In this document: positions 18,832 to 29,638 of the stretch, one piece after another
Position numbering within the stretch: the first letter of the stretch is position 1
Layout of the letters: each line of letters opens with the position of its first letter
Assembly (NCBI GenBank): GCA_964472785.1
Contig: CAYYMH010000008.1
Span: 16,612-80,611, forward strand
From: an uncultured Cytophagia bacterium
GTDB taxonomy: Bacteria; Zhuqueibacterota; Zhuqueibacteria; Thermofontimicrobiales; Thermofontimicrobiaceae
Length of the DNA stretch: 64,000 bases
Reading direction: 5' to 3'
Made by a program: the position numbers and the translations under genes
The notes under the pieces: generated by a model
The model's input: only the letters and a program-made list of their open reading frames with translations
Told to the model about the DNA's origin: nothing
Database searches by the model: none

Positions 18832-19431
18832 ATGACTGAAAATCAATTGCAACAGGACATTTCAATCATCAAAACAATGATTGAAAAAACGAGAAAAGAG
18901 ACCGCTGAATCTGGTCATTTATTTATTTTTATGGGTATTGCGGCGGCTTTGTTTGTACTTATTGTCAGTTTGTTGGAAATGTACCATTTGAATCAACTGG
19001 TTATTCCGGCAATGATCATTTTGACTGTGCTTAACGGTATTGTCGGATTTTTTGTCGTGAGCAAACCTTTCACGGACGAGAGAGTAAAATCGTATCCAAA
19101 AACAGTGGTCTTATGTCTCTGGGTCATTTGTGGCGTGACGCTTTTGATGATCACATTTCTATTCCCCTTTCTCAACGTTTACACATTTCGCGCTGTGGGT
19201 ACATTGGCTTCACTAATTTTGGGAATCGCTGTCTTTATGACGGGAATCATTTATGAAATGCGGTTCGTCGTTTGGTACAGCCTTGTTTGGTGGGTCGGTG
19301 CAATTTTGATGGCCATAAGTGAAAATCCCTACCGCTTCTTAATTATGATTGCTGTCATCATAATTGGTTGGATTTTACCTGGCATTATTATGAATAAAAA
19401 ATACAATAGGAGCATGAAAAATGAAGCATGA
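18832..19431 (+). CDS. Polytopic membrane protein, function unknown
   Basis: 199 aa with about 5 TM helices. AGGAGA RBS. Overlaps the start of the downstream regulator. Confidence 0.5.
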   Translation: MTENQLQQDISIIKTMIEKTRKETAESGHLFIFMGIAAALFVLIVSLLEMYHLNQLVIPAMIILTVLNGIVGFFVVSKPFTDERVKSYPKTVVLCLWVICGVTLLMITFLFPFLNVYTFRAVGTLASLILGIAVFMTGIIYEMRFVVWYSLVWWVGAILMAISENPYRFLIMIAVIIIGWILPGIIMNKKYNRSMKNEA

Positions 19432-19735
19432 AATAATTCTTCAATTCGATCCACTGATCCATGCTCCGATTCGTTTGGCGATTCTGTCGATTCTGATTTC
19501 AGTTGACAGCGCAAATTTTACGTATTTAAAAGAAGCAACAAACACGACCGACGGCAATTTGAGCACACATTTGACCAAACTCGAATCTGCCAGCTATATC
19601 TCAATAGAAAAAATGTTCAAAGGAAAAAAGCCGCAGACAATTTGCGCGCTTACAGAAAAAGGGAGAAATGCTTTCCGCCAATATCTCGATCAATTGGAGT
19701 CCATGGTGAAATCACAAAAAAACGTAGACAAATAA
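19421..19735 (+). CDS. Winged-helix transcriptional regulator (HTH_34 / PadR-MarR-like)
   Basis: 104 aa. LIHAPIRLAILSIL...FTYLKEATNTTDGNLSTHLTKLESASYISIEK is a wH recognition helix-wing pattern. Confidence 0.6.
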   Translation: MKHEIILQFDPLIHAPIRLAILSILISVDSANFTYLKEATNTTDGNLSTHLTKLESASYISIEKMFKGKKPQTICALTEKGRNAFRQYLDQLESMVKSQKNVDK

Positions 19736-19749
19736 ATCAGGAGAATGAA

Positions 19750-20712
19750 ATGCATACCAAATCCCTAAAAATATGCTTGACACATTTCTTTGCAATAATT
19801 TCAATCTTGAGTTTCCAAACAGAAAATTTAATCGCACGCAATAGTATCGATTTAACTCAAAATTTCAACCTTACAGCACCGCAAACATCGGAAACACAAT
19901 TTTATATTATGAAATCAGAAAATAGCAGTTACAATTTGGATGGCAAAAAGACCGGAACACATATTTATACACTTTTCATCCAATGGAATACTGCTGAAAT
20001 AAAACAAGAGAACAAAGAATTTACCTGTCATAAATTCTTTTTTCAAAAAAATAAAAATGAGCGCGTAACGATTCCTGCATTAGAAAATTACCGCTACTCG
20101 TTCACCGGCGGAATTGACGAACAACAGCAGGTGTTTGGCATTGACCATAGCAAATTTGAGAATCTAAAAAATTCAAACGGACAGCCAATTCCCCAGGATC
20201 AGTCATACCACATTTATAACTGTTTTATCGATTTTCACGCGTTCTGTAATGTATTCGCAGAACCGACTGAGGAAGGAAACGGGATTCAACATTTGTCCGA
20301 AATTGGAGATAAAATTATTCACGAGGCCGCCCATTCCGAAGCACCGACGCATTTAGGAAAAAATATTGCCGATGGATCATTCTTCAAAAATGGTGAGATT
20401 ACCCTCCGGTTCACAGGGGTCGGATTGGTTAATGATTTAAATTGTGCAATCATTGGCCTTAATTCAGGGGAAAGTTCGTTTAAAATGATCATGGACATCG
20501 CACCTGAAATTAGAGTTATCACCGTCGGGGGTTCGCGTTATCGGGGAGAAATTTACAAAGACCTCGCTTCACATTGGGTGCAAAAAGTCAGCTTCAATGA
20601 AGTCGTCATCAGCGAGACCACAATGCCGGTCCCGCCGAACAAAATAAACATGGTCGTTCAGCGGGAAATTGATATATCCAATGTTGGGCAGAATGAATTT
20701 TTCGTTTTCTGA
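19750..20712 (+). CDS. Secreted hypothetical protein
   Basis: The internal ATG at 19750 (AGGAGA RBS 8 nt upstream) gives a signal peptide MHTKSLKICLTHFFAIISILSFQ. The tracked 19642 start overlaps the regulator and is rejected. Confidence 0.5.
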   Translation: MHTKSLKICLTHFFAIISILSFQTENLIARNSIDLTQNFNLTAPQTSETQFYIMKSENSSYNLDGKKTGTHIYTLFIQWNTAEIKQENKEFTCHKFFFQKNKNERVTIPALENYRYSFTGGIDEQQQVFGIDHSKFENLKNSNGQPIPQDQSYHIYNCFIDFHAFCNVFAEPTEEGNGIQHLSEIGDKIIHEAAHSEAPTHLGKNIADGSFFKNGEITLRFTGVGLVNDLNCAIIGLNSGESSFKMIMDIAPEIRVITVGGSRYRGEIYKDLASHWVQKVSFNEVVISETTMPVPPNKINMVVQREIDISNVGQNEFFVF

Positions 20713-20745
20713 TTCGCCGAGAGATTTATTTGAAAAACAGTAATT

Positions 20746-21537
20746 TTAAATTTCATCATCATAACTACTGAACGGCACCCAACTACTTTTTTCGGTGCTG
20801 ATGACTGTGCTGTAGGAATGCAGCATGCCGAAATTAGACACACGGACAGAGTACCAGTCAATGTCCTTATTTCTCGCCAACGCATCTTTGATTTCATCGG
20901 TCATTTCCACACTGGACTTTTTATCCGTGTGAACTTTATTGATTATCCATTCCTGGTCTTTTTCGGATAAAAAGGAATAGACCGGAGCTAATGCATGCTT
21001 GTCAACGATCTCGACTAAATCTTCGGGATAGACATTCTTTTTAGACTGAATTTCTATTAAGACATGACTCAACTGCCCAAATAAACCGCCGGGTTTATCC
21101 ACTGCCGAGCCCGGGTAGGTGGTAATGCAAGGTATTTCCATTTTAAATGTAATTAACGGCTCTCTACCGGCAGAGGTCACTTTGGCGGAATAGGAACACA
21201 TATATTGCACTAGACATTTTTCCTTGGAAACGGGCGTTGTTTTTTCAATGAAAAAGGGATAATCAAAATCAACTTTGACAGTTGTTGCGTTGAGTTCTTT
21301 TAAATAATCTAAAATATTGACGCGTAATGTTTTCGTCCCGATGCGATTACGGTGCTGGTGTAAAATTTGGATAAATTTATCAATCCACCGCGCTTCAAAT
21401 TTTTGCATTATTCTGGCGTCAATGGAAATTTTCGCTACTGTATCCTGACCCTGCTCGTTTCCTTTTGCAATAACCTTCATCGGAAACGGTAAATCCTTCA
21501 TACCGACATCGACTAAAAACTTCTTTGTATCTACCAT
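20746..21537 (-). CDS. Divergent GTP cyclohydrolase FolE2/MptA-like (DUF198) protein
   Basis: 263 aa. N-terminus DVGMKDLPFPMKV resembles the FolE2 start. C-terminus SNFGMLHSYSTVI resembles the FolE2 ...NFESIHNHSA... motif. The Cys motif is only partly conserved. Confidence 0.4.
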   Translation of the reverse strand: MVDTKKFLVDVGMKDLPFPMKVIAKGNEQGQDTVAKISIDARIMQKFEARWIDKFIQILHQHRNRIGTKTLRVNILDYLKELNATTVKVDFDYPFFIEKTTPVSKEKCLVQYMCSYSAKVTSAGREPLITFKMEIPCITTYPGSAVDKPGGLFGQLSHVLIEIQSKKNVYPEDLVEIVDKHALAPVYSFLSEKDQEWIINKVHTDKKSSVEMTDEIKDALARNKDIDWYSVRVSNFGMLHSYSTVISTEKSSWVPFSSYDDEI

Positions 21538-21817
21538 AACTTCTCTCTCCTTATCATAAAATAACTCATCAACTATTAGTCATTCAGAATCATCGTCTAA
21601 ATATATGAAAATTGCACATTTTAATCAAGAGAATTGTCAGATAATTTTTTTTCACAGATAAAAATGTTTGAATTATCAGAGGAGGTCAGCATTGATTTCA
21701 ATGAATCAAAACGATAACCATCGCCACAGAGAGACAGATTTAATGGAAAGAGCCCGCTTTTAAAAGGATAAAATAAAGTGATATTGAAGTTATGTGAAAA
21801 GGAGGTATTGAAAAGCG

Positions 21818-22177
21818 TTATTCCAGTTCTTTTTTAACAGTATCCAGCAACTCAAACTCGGCAATAGGTTTTAATAATGTTGTCCGTCCATCAATTTTTT
21901 TATTACTGTTAACGAGATCCGCATTACCCGTCATAAAAACAATGTTCACAGTATTTAATTTGTTAATTTCAAATGCTGCTTCAATCCCGCTCAATTCACC
22001 TTGCAATTGAATATCCATTAATATTAAATCGGGTTTCATCAATTGTATTTTTTCTATTGCTTTCTCACCGGAGTGAACGATATCCAACACTTCATACCCA
22101 TTCTTCATCAATGTTAATTTTAAATCAAGAGCAATGATGTGTTCATCTTCAACAATAATTACTTTTGGCTGATTCAT
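21818..22177 (-). CDS. Stand-alone response regulator receiver domain (CheY-like)
   Basis: 119 aa. VIIVEDE...D (phospho-acceptor in PDLILMDIQL)...T...K pattern. Confidence 0.8.
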   Translation of the reverse strand: MNQPKVIIVEDEHIIALDLKLTLMKNGYEVLDIVHSGEKAIEKIQLMKPDLILMDIQLQGELSGIEAAFEINKLNTVNIVFMTGNADLVNSNKKIDGRTTLLKPIAEFELLDTVKKELE

Positions 22178-22647
22178 TTTTCTCCCCCAAAGAATTATGA
22201 AGTGAAAATCGAGATAAATTGTTGATAGAATATAAAGGATAATTCATAACGCAATAAAGACAAGCCGACATATCGGAAATGAAAAATATTTCTGCCAATT
22301 TAAAGAGAGTTTATTATTTGTAAGAAAATTGGAGTGATGTCCCCCTTGGAAATGCAGTTTACTTAAGCCCCCTTGTGTTACTGTCAAATCCACTATTAGC
22401 CATACAAAATAAATCTCCGAAATACCGCTTCTTTTTTTTTAAAAGATAACAAACACTATACTTATATTATACATTAAATCCAAAATATTGAAAATTATTT
22501 TATTTTTTAAATATTTTTACTTGTGTTTTGGGTGAAACGATAATATGAAGTATAATAATGTGAAAAATCATTTTATCAAATTTATTACCGCGCTATCTTT
22601 TTTAAAGCATAGACTTGATAATAATAATCAATTTTCTTTTTTAAATT

Positions 22648-23937
22648 TCAGCTATCAGTCAGCTCAGTAAATTCCCCCACTTTGCGGACAAAAATATAGA
22701 CGATCAAAATACCCAGAATGGAATGAGCAGCCAGCATAAACCAGACATATTCCGGGTGACCCAGATTTCGGAAATAACCGTACAAAGGCGTGTAAATAAC
22801 TCCACTAAAAGCCCCGATCCCGATTGCTAAAAAATTCGTTCCCATATAAAGTCCGGCTTTTTCTTTGGGCGCAAGCCAGGTAATGTATTCCTGTATCCGC
22901 GGCGATGATGTCATTTCGCCGACAGCAAAGAAGACGATTCCCAAAAATACCCAGCTCGTTGAACCGACACTGGCATAACCAAGAATAAAAAAGCCCACTG
23001 CTGCGATTAACAATCCGAATGAAAACGTGGGGATTGCTTTGAATTTTTCAGCAATTCTCGAAACAAAAATCTGCAAAATCATAATAACGTAACCGGTGTG
23101 AGAAATACTTTCACCCAATAATCTGCGTGTTCCATTTTCATCTGTATGTGAAACAAAATTTGCAACGCCTTTTCCAAACACAGCTCTCACGTTTTGGTAA
23201 AGCTGAACAGTATCCAAATTGCGGTCCACGTACATCGCCAACAAATTGAAAAACGCCCACAGCGGAATCCAGAAAAATACGCCGATAATGATGAGAAAGG
23301 CGAGGAATTTGACATCGGAAAGCGCGACACCCATGTCCTTAAATTTTTGAGATAGTGATCCCGCCTGAATTTCTCGTTCCGGTTCTTTGTAGAATAGGAT
23401 GGTAATGATCAGCATAACCCCAATTGAAATGGCTGCCGCGATAAATGCATAGTTCCATGAAATCGCTCGCAATCTGCCCATAACAATCGGGCCGAACGAT
23501 GCACCAACGTTGACCATCGCATAAAAAATACCAAATCCGAGCGTTTTGTTGGTGCCATCGGTTGTTACGCGAACAGTTCCGGAAATCAACGGCTTAAAGA
23601 TGCCCGCCGCCAATCCGATGCTGAGCATGGTCAGGGCAATTCCTGAAAAAGACTTTGTGATAATCAACAATAGAATCGAAGGAAGATAGGCTAAATAGGA
23701 CACAATGAGTACCTTTTTAAAACCATATTTATCGGCGAACGTTCCGGCAAAAACAGGAATCACGTAAGAAAATAATAAAAAGATCGTTTGAATAATGCCG
23801 AGTTGGGCTTTGGTGTAACCCAAATATTCCATATAAATACCAAATCCCAGATAAATCCCATAATAGGCGAATCGCTCCAATACCTCAATCGAATTTGCCA
23901 CCCAGAATACCGGCGGGAAAGGCGTTCTCTTTTTCAT
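22648..23937 (-). CDS. POT/PTR2-family (MFS) di-/tripeptide transporter
   Basis: PTR2 signature EVLERFAYYGIY near the N-terminus; 12 TM; 429 aa. Confidence 0.7.
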   Translation of the reverse strand: MKKRTPFPPVFWVANSIEVLERFAYYGIYLGFGIYMEYLGYTKAQLGIIQTIFLLFSYVIPVFAGTFADKYGFKKVLIVSYLAYLPSILLLIITKSFSGIALTMLSIGLAAGIFKPLISGTVRVTTDGTNKTLGFGIFYAMVNVGASFGPIVMGRLRAISWNYAFIAAAISIGVMLIITILFYKEPEREIQAGSLSQKFKDMGVALSDVKFLAFLIIIGVFFWIPLWAFFNLLAMYVDRNLDTVQLYQNVRAVFGKGVANFVSHTDENGTRRLLGESISHTGYVIMILQIFVSRIAEKFKAIPTFSFGLLIAAVGFFILGYASVGSTSWVFLGIVFFAVGEMTSSPRIQEYITWLAPKEKAGLYMGTNFLAIGIGAFSGVIYTPLYGYFRNLGHPEYVWFMLAAHSILGILIVYIFVRKVGEFTELTDS

Positions 23938-24084
23938 GTCTGGCCTCTTTCAGTTTTCGAATTAATAATTTAAAAAAAATTGCGCCATGAATAATAGAAT
24001 ATGAAAATAATTGCCTTAAATATCAAGCAAAAAAGTTAAATTTTTTTGAGAAATTGAATATAAATTTGAGTTGAAAAAATCATA

Positions 24085-24992
24085 TCAAGACTCATCGCCG
24101 CAAAATCTGTTTTCCAATTCTTCCAAAGTTTTCGGCCAATCATCTTTAAGCAGCCGAGAAATACCCCGATCCGCGTATAATTTTCCGCCAGTCTGACATG
24201 TGGGGCAGTAATTGGTTTCATTTTCAGCGTAACGAATGCGCTGCACTTTCGTTCCACAGACAGGACAAGGCTCTCCGTATTTACCGTGCACTGCCATTTT
24301 TTTGTGAAACGCGGTGACTTTGTCAGGAAAGCCTTCTCCGACTTCATTACGAAGGCGATCTGTCCATTCGCTCAAAACGTGTTTTGTTACCTCAAATAAC
24401 TGCTCAATCTGTTGGTCGCTCATTTTTTGACTGAGTTGAAGCGGTGATAGTTTTGCCTGGTGCAAAATTTCATCCGAAAAGGCATTTCCGATTCCGCTGA
24501 ACAACCACGGATCGGTCAATGCTCTTTTTAATGTATGATTCACGGCAATTAATCGAGTCCGAAATTGATCCAATGTTGCCTCAAAAATTTCAAGCCCGCC
24601 CTGATCAAAGCGACCCAAATTATCTTCACCTTTAATTAGATGGATCGAGGCGCGCTTCTTGGTTCCCGCTTCAGTGAACACCAAAGTACCACTGGAAAAA
24701 TCGAACGCGGCAAGTCCGACACCTCTCGGAACAATTACGCCTTTTTTCGCCACTGCAATCTTCCGGCAACCATCAAATGAAAGATCATAAATAATTCATC
24801 AGGAAAAACACACACAATTCTTTTCCCCATCCGGCGAAATTCAATTACTTCTTTGTTATGAATTTCATTGATCGGCGGGTCAAAGGTACGCAGCACAAAT
24901 GGATGGGCAATCCGGGATTGGAGCAAAATTTTTCCCTTTAAATAATGATTTAAACGCTCGATGTAAATGGTGATGTCCGGATATTCTGGCAC
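24085..24992 (-). pseudogene. fpg: Formamidopyrimidine-DNA glycosylase (Fpg/MutM) interrupted by a frameshift
   Basis: ORF 24735..24992 encodes the N-terminal MPEYPDI... catalytic domain. ORF 24085..24753 encodes H2TH plus the zinc finger ([25 protein letters not shown]). The two overlap by 19 nt in different frames across a T6/A6 run at 24742-24747. Confidence 0.7.
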
Positions 24993-25106
24993 GAGATTCC
25001 CTTTTTATTTTAAGTGCGACAATAATAAGTATCCATTTTTTACAAATATTTTTTCCAAAACAGATATTTCCTTTGACATTTTGATATTTTTTTTGTATTA
25101 TTTCAA

Positions 25107-25658
25107 TTGAAATCATTTAATATTATCAACGGAGGTGTAATGAAAAAAAATCTGCTGATTGGAATTGTGGTAACATTCTTTCTGCTGTTAATTGTGAGTT
25201 GCCAAAAAGACAATTATGAAAAAAGATTTTCCCAGTTCAATAAAAAATTTTTCGCAAAACATGTTCCTGAATTCCCTGATTCGCGATTAGCGACGATGAA
25301 GGACATTAAAGAAAGTCAGCAAAAATATTTTGAGGAAAATAATGCCAAGCTACAATTTCTCTATGATCTCAACGGCAACGGAACGCCGGAATATATCATT
25401 TGCGGTGTGTCAGATTCCATTTTAACCCGAGGTGAGAGAAGACCGTTTTTTGCTGCTATTTTCGAGCAAACTGAACAAGGCATCGAACGCCAATATCTTC
25501 AGGGTTTGAATCTGTGTCCGGTAAACTTAGAAATTAATGAAACGCCGGAAAGAACCGGTGTTGTGCTGTACTTTAAGTTTTTCAGCGATTTCGCTGCTGA
25601 AATTTATTATCAAGATGATGAATATCATTTGGACAAATGGTATATGAATAAAGATTAA
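25107..25658 (+). CDS. Hypothetical lipoprotein
   Basis: Signal peptide with lipobox LLLIVSC; 183 aa. Confidence 0.5.
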   Translation: MKSFNIINGGVMKKNLLIGIVVTFFLLLIVSCQKDNYEKRFSQFNKKFFAKHVPEFPDSRLATMKDIKESQQKYFEENNAKLQFLYDLNGNGTPEYIICGVSDSILTRGERRPFFAAIFEQTEQGIERQYLQGLNLCPVNLEINETPERTGVVLYFKFFSDFAAEIYYQDDEYHLDKWYMNKD

Positions 25659-25722
25659 GAGCAAAAATGTCCTGATTTGAAAATGCGTGACAAAGACTTA
25701 ATTGTAAAATCAACAGTTTTAT

Positions 25723-27207
25723 TTAATTGCGGCTAAATGATGTCAATAACATACAAATTTGATCCTGCACATTCATCACCACCTGCACACTGCAGAGGAA
25801 ATTGTTGAACATCGTTGAGAACACCAGCGGCTCACCATCCGCCGAAATAGCATACCCGGATAAGCAGCGCACATTGGAAATCGTACCTGTTTTTGCAAAC
25901 ACTTTTCCTTGTGCGATGGTGCCTTTCATGCGGTAACCAATGGTGCCATCAACTCCGGCAACAGGCAGTAAGTCCCGGTATATTTGACCAAACGGATGAT
26001 AATACATTCGCCGGAAAATGTTAACGATGTGAGCCGGTGAAATATAATTATATCGCCCCAATCCGGAACCATCCATAAAACGATAGCTTTCATCTTCCAA
26101 ACCAAAACGCTGCAACGTTTGGTGTAAAACCTTTTTGCCTTCCGAAAAAGTACCGGACTCGCCGAAATGCGTGCCCATGAGTTTGATCATATTTTCTGCG
26201 TAAAGATTTTGTGACTCTTTCATTAATATTTTCAGGACTTCAGAAAATGGCATCGAGAAATGGGAAAAAAGGTAGGAACATTTTGTGGTATCAATTTTTT
26301 CTTCCAAATCATCAGCATCCAAAGAATTTCCTGTCACCGGGATTCCTAAATTTTCTAATTCTTGTTTGAATGCAGCAGAAAAATAAAGGGTCGAATTGTG
26401 AATTGACATCCGTTGGCTGACGCTATCGCCAGGTTTTATCTTTCCGCTTGCGGTTATTATATTTGTATTCACTGCCCGGTCGAATTCAATGTCCGTATCT
26501 TGCTCATCGATGTCCAGATTTACTTCAATGGTGACGTAATCAATAGCAGGCTCTGTTGCGAAATGAATTTCCTTACCGAGGCTGTCCGTTTGAATGCGTA
26601 CCCTGAGATAATTTTCATTAAAATTCAATCCGCTAATTTCTGCAGCGTAAGAATATGGCAGGTTATCCACTGTCCAACCGTAACCGATGTGTTCGTCGTC
26701 AAAAATGTCATCCACACCGATAATGTCGCCTTCGATGCGGTGAATTCCCTTTGCTTTCAAAGAATCCGCCCAGGATCGAAATACATAACAACTGTCCTCG
26801 TTTTCACAAAAGCGGTATCCGATAGTGGGATCGCCGCTCCCGATGATCACCAGATCGCCTTTTAATGTGCTATCCTCAACAACCCCGGTTGTAAATATTC
26901 GTGTTTCGTAACGGAACTCAGTCCCAAAATTAAGCAATGCTGCGGCGGACGTGGGGATTTTTTCATTGGAAGCCGGCATCATCAGCGTATTGGCATTGTG
27001 CTGATACAGAATTTCTCCGGTTTTTGCGGACTGTACCATGACGCCTACCAGTGCAGTTTCCAATTCCGGAATCGAAATGTGACGGTCAAGTTGCAAGGCT
27101 AACTGTTCCTCTGCTGTCTTCACATGATGTGGCTGATAGGTTCCGGCACAGCCGGTAATGAGCAGTAAAAGGATGCAGAATCCGATTCGTTTTGCTTTTC
27201 GTTTCAT
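25723..27207 (-). CDS. dacB: D-alanyl-D-alanine carboxypeptidase/endopeptidase, PBP4 family (peptidase S13)
   Basis: SxxK (PASNEK), SxN (DGSGL) and KTG (FAKTGT) motifs. The start is set at the internal ATG 27207, which gives lipoprotein signal MKRKAKRIGFCILLLLITGC with a GAGGTG RBS. Confidence 0.8.
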   Translation of the reverse strand: MKRKAKRIGFCILLLLITGCAGTYQPHHVKTAEEQLALQLDRHISIPELETALVGVMVQSAKTGEILYQHNANTLMMPASNEKIPTSAAALLNFGTEFRYETRIFTTGVVEDSTLKGDLVIIGSGDPTIGYRFCENEDSCYVFRSWADSLKAKGIHRIEGDIIGVDDIFDDEHIGYGWTVDNLPYSYAAEISGLNFNENYLRVRIQTDSLGKEIHFATEPAIDYVTIEVNLDIDEQDTDIEFDRAVNTNIITASGKIKPGDSVSQRMSIHNSTLYFSAAFKQELENLGIPVTGNSLDADDLEEKIDTTKCSYLFSHFSMPFSEVLKILMKESQNLYAENMIKLMGTHFGESGTFSEGKKVLHQTLQRFGLEDESYRFMDGSGLGRYNYISPAHIVNIFRRMYYHPFGQIYRDLLPVAGVDGTIGYRMKGTIAQGKVFAKTGTISNVRCLSGYAISADGEPLVFSTMFNNFLCSVQVVMNVQDQICMLLTSFSRN

Positions 27208-27272
27208 AGAAAACACCTCAACAAAGAATTCAAATTTATTCAATCATTATATTTTCTGATGCAACTTCAGGG

Positions 27273-28268
27273 TTACCATCGAATCAAAATTGATCCCCAG
27301 GTAAAACCAGAACCAAACGCTACCAAAACAACGTAATCTCCCGCTTTGATTTTACCAGTTGATAACGCTTCATCGAGCGCAATGGGAATTGAAGCCGCTG
27401 TTGTGTTGCCATATTTGTGGATATTACTGAAAACCTGGTCCATTGTATAATTGAACCGTTTCGCGACTGCTTCGGTGATGCGTTGATTTGCCTGATGCGG
27501 AATAACCAGTTTCACCTGGTCCGGAGTAACATTGTTCGCCTCAAGACATTCTTCGATGGCTGAACAAAATTTTACCACCGCGTGTTTGAACACCTGCCTG
27601 CCATTCATGTATGGATAAATGCTGCCGTCTTCCAGCATTTCAGACGTTAAGCGTGGTATATGTAAGCCCCCGGGATTTTCGATGAACAATTCTTTGGCGA
27701 ACCGACCATCGGCATGTAAATGTGAAGAGAGAATTCCGCGCTCAGCATCGTCGCTGGGTTCAACAATCGCCGCACCGGCGCCATCACCGAACAACACAGC
27801 CACATCCCGTCCGCGCGTGTTTAATTCCAAACCGGTGGAGTGAACTTCGGCACCCACGACTAATATTTTTTTGTACACACCGGTTTTAATATACTGATCC
27901 GCAATAGATAGCCCGTAAATAAAACCGGTACACTGATTGCGCACATCCAGCGCCGGAACGCCGGGGATGCCCAGTTTCTCCTGCAACAGCACGCCTGATC
28001 CGGGAAATTGGTATTCAGGGCTTAACGTCGCAAAAATGATGAAGTCGATATCCTCGGCGGACAAATTCGCTTTTGCCAGCGCCTTTTTCGATGCTTCCAA
28101 TGCCAGACCTGCTGCGCCGATTTCTTTGTCCACAAAACGCCGTTCCACAATACCAGCCCGTTCCCGAATCCATTCGTCGCTGGTATCCATTATTTTTTCC
28201 AGATCAAAATTCGTTACCACCTTTTCCGGCACATAAAATCCGGTTCCGCTGATCTTCGCTCGTGTCAT
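27273..28268 (-). CDS. fabH: 3-oxoacyl-[ACP] synthase III
   Basis: 331 aa. Active-site Cys region (NQCTGFIYGL), HQAN, and GNTTAASIPIAL. Confidence 0.9.
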   Translation of the reverse strand: MTRAKISGTGFYVPEKVVTNFDLEKIMDTSDEWIRERAGIVERRFVDKEIGAAGLALEASKKALAKANLSAEDIDFIIFATLSPEYQFPGSGVLLQEKLGIPGVPALDVRNQCTGFIYGLSIADQYIKTGVYKKILVVGAEVHSTGLELNTRGRDVAVLFGDGAGAAIVEPSDDAERGILSSHLHADGRFAKELFIENPGGLHIPRLTSEMLEDGSIYPYMNGRQVFKHAVVKFCSAIEECLEANNVTPDQVKLVIPHQANQRITEAVAKRFNYTMDQVFSNIHKYGNTTAASIPIALDEALSTGKIKAGDYVVLVAFGSGFTWGSILIRW

Positions 28269-28498
28269 CTATTTCTCCTCTGATGGCTAAATAATTCAAT
28301 CCAATATAGTAACAAATAGTAAAAAAGTCAAGGTGAAAAGGTGACCGCAGAAGCTCAAATCAGAACCACCTTATTGCTCGGAGCAATTTAGCTAAAATAT
28401 TTTTGCAACACATTTTTTACTTGAAATTGAGTTCGATTATTACGATATTATCATTTGATAAAATGGTTTCGGCGCTATATTTAAAAAAAGATCACAAC

Positions 28499-29287
28499 AT
28501 GAACACAATAAAAATTCTCTCCTGGAACGTCAACGGTATTCGCGCGGTGTACAAGAAAAATTTTATGGACTGGTTTAAAACTGAACAACCGGACCTTCTC
28601 TGCATTCAGGAAACAAAAGCGCAAGTTGAGCAAATCCCGGATGAAATTCAGAGTGCGGACGGATACCAAACCTTCGCTTCGTCTGCTTTAAGGAAGGGAT
28701 ACAGCGGCGTCGCGACGTTGAGTAAACTAAATCCCAAATCTATTAAGAATGGCATGGGCATTGAGAAATTTGACAGCGAGGGCAGATTTCTGGAATTGGA
28801 TTTTGGCGGAGTCGTTTTATTCAATATTTATTTTCCTAACGGTAAGCTAAACAAACAACGGCTGCAATACAAAATGGATTTTTACGATGCGTTTCTTGAA
28901 TATGCGGAGCACTTGAGAAAATCCGGAAAAAGTCTCATCATGTGCGGCGACGTGAACACAGCGCACAAAGAAATCGATTTGGCGCGTCCCAAAGAAAACG
29001 AAAGGACTTCCGGCTTTCTCCCGGAGGAGCGTGCATGGATCGATAAGTTCATCGCCCACGGTTACCTGGATACATTTCGAATGTTTGTCGGGGACGGTGG
29101 ACACTACTCCTGGTGGGATTTACGCACCCGTGCCCGTGAGCGGGATATTGGCTGGAGAATTGATTATTTCTTTGTCAGCAACGATTTAGCAGATCAGGTG
29201 AAATCCGCATTTATTCTCAAAGAGGTGATGGGTTCGGATCACTGTCCGGTGGGAGTTGAAATCTCAGCGGAAATCTTTAACGCTTAA
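28499..29287 (+). CDS. xth: Exodeoxyribonuclease III (Xth, EEP family)
   Basis: [17 protein letters not shown] start, CIQETK, C-terminal SDHCPV. The internal ATG is preferred over the tracked 28403 start. Confidence 0.85.
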   Translation: MNTIKILSWNVNGIRAVYKKNFMDWFKTEQPDLLCIQETKAQVEQIPDEIQSADGYQTFASSALRKGYSGVATLSKLNPKSIKNGMGIEKFDSEGRFLELDFGGVVLFNIYFPNGKLNKQRLQYKMDFYDAFLEYAEHLRKSGKSLIMCGDVNTAHKEIDLARPKENERTSGFLPEERAWIDKFIAHGYLDTFRMFVGDGGHYSWWDLRTRARERDIGWRIDYFFVSNDLADQVKSAFILKEVMGSDHCPVGVEISAEIFNA

Positions 29288-29638
29288 CTGGCGATAGCTC
29301 ATAAGAATTAATTAAACAGAACAAAAGTTCATTTATATAGTTTGAGCTTTTTGAAATACATTGTTTTTTATAATGTTACTACCTAAATACCGTTCATGTT
29401 TTTATTGGTGCGGTTATATTTGCTGACTTTCCTTTCACCATTGATCCTATTATTTACGAAACCAAGTCTATAATTGTAATTAATTCTTTTTTCAAAAAAA
29501 AGTTGTCAATATTTCTTGCTTAAAATCTAATATATATGTGAAAGATTCGCTAACAAATATTTATAATTTTAATATATTTCATTTCAACAAAACTGGAATT
29601 TACAAATGAACAGAATTATAAAAGATTATAGCGGAAAT

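Noticed and set aside
19642-19749. 5' extension of the secreted-protein ORF overlapping the HTH regulator
   Set aside because: The internal ATG at 19750, with an AGGAGA RBS, yields a signal peptide. The extension is in another frame of a credible regulator gene.
22178-22647. 470-bp AT-rich gap with CCCCCTTG direct repeats (22341-22375)
   Set aside because: There are only two short copies and no ORF or recognisable RNA motif. It is noted as the unusually long 3' region of the POT transporter gene, with nothing specific supportable.
24036-24347. 103-aa ORF overlapping the fpg C-terminal half
   Set aside because: It overlaps the conserved zinc-finger coding region in another frame.
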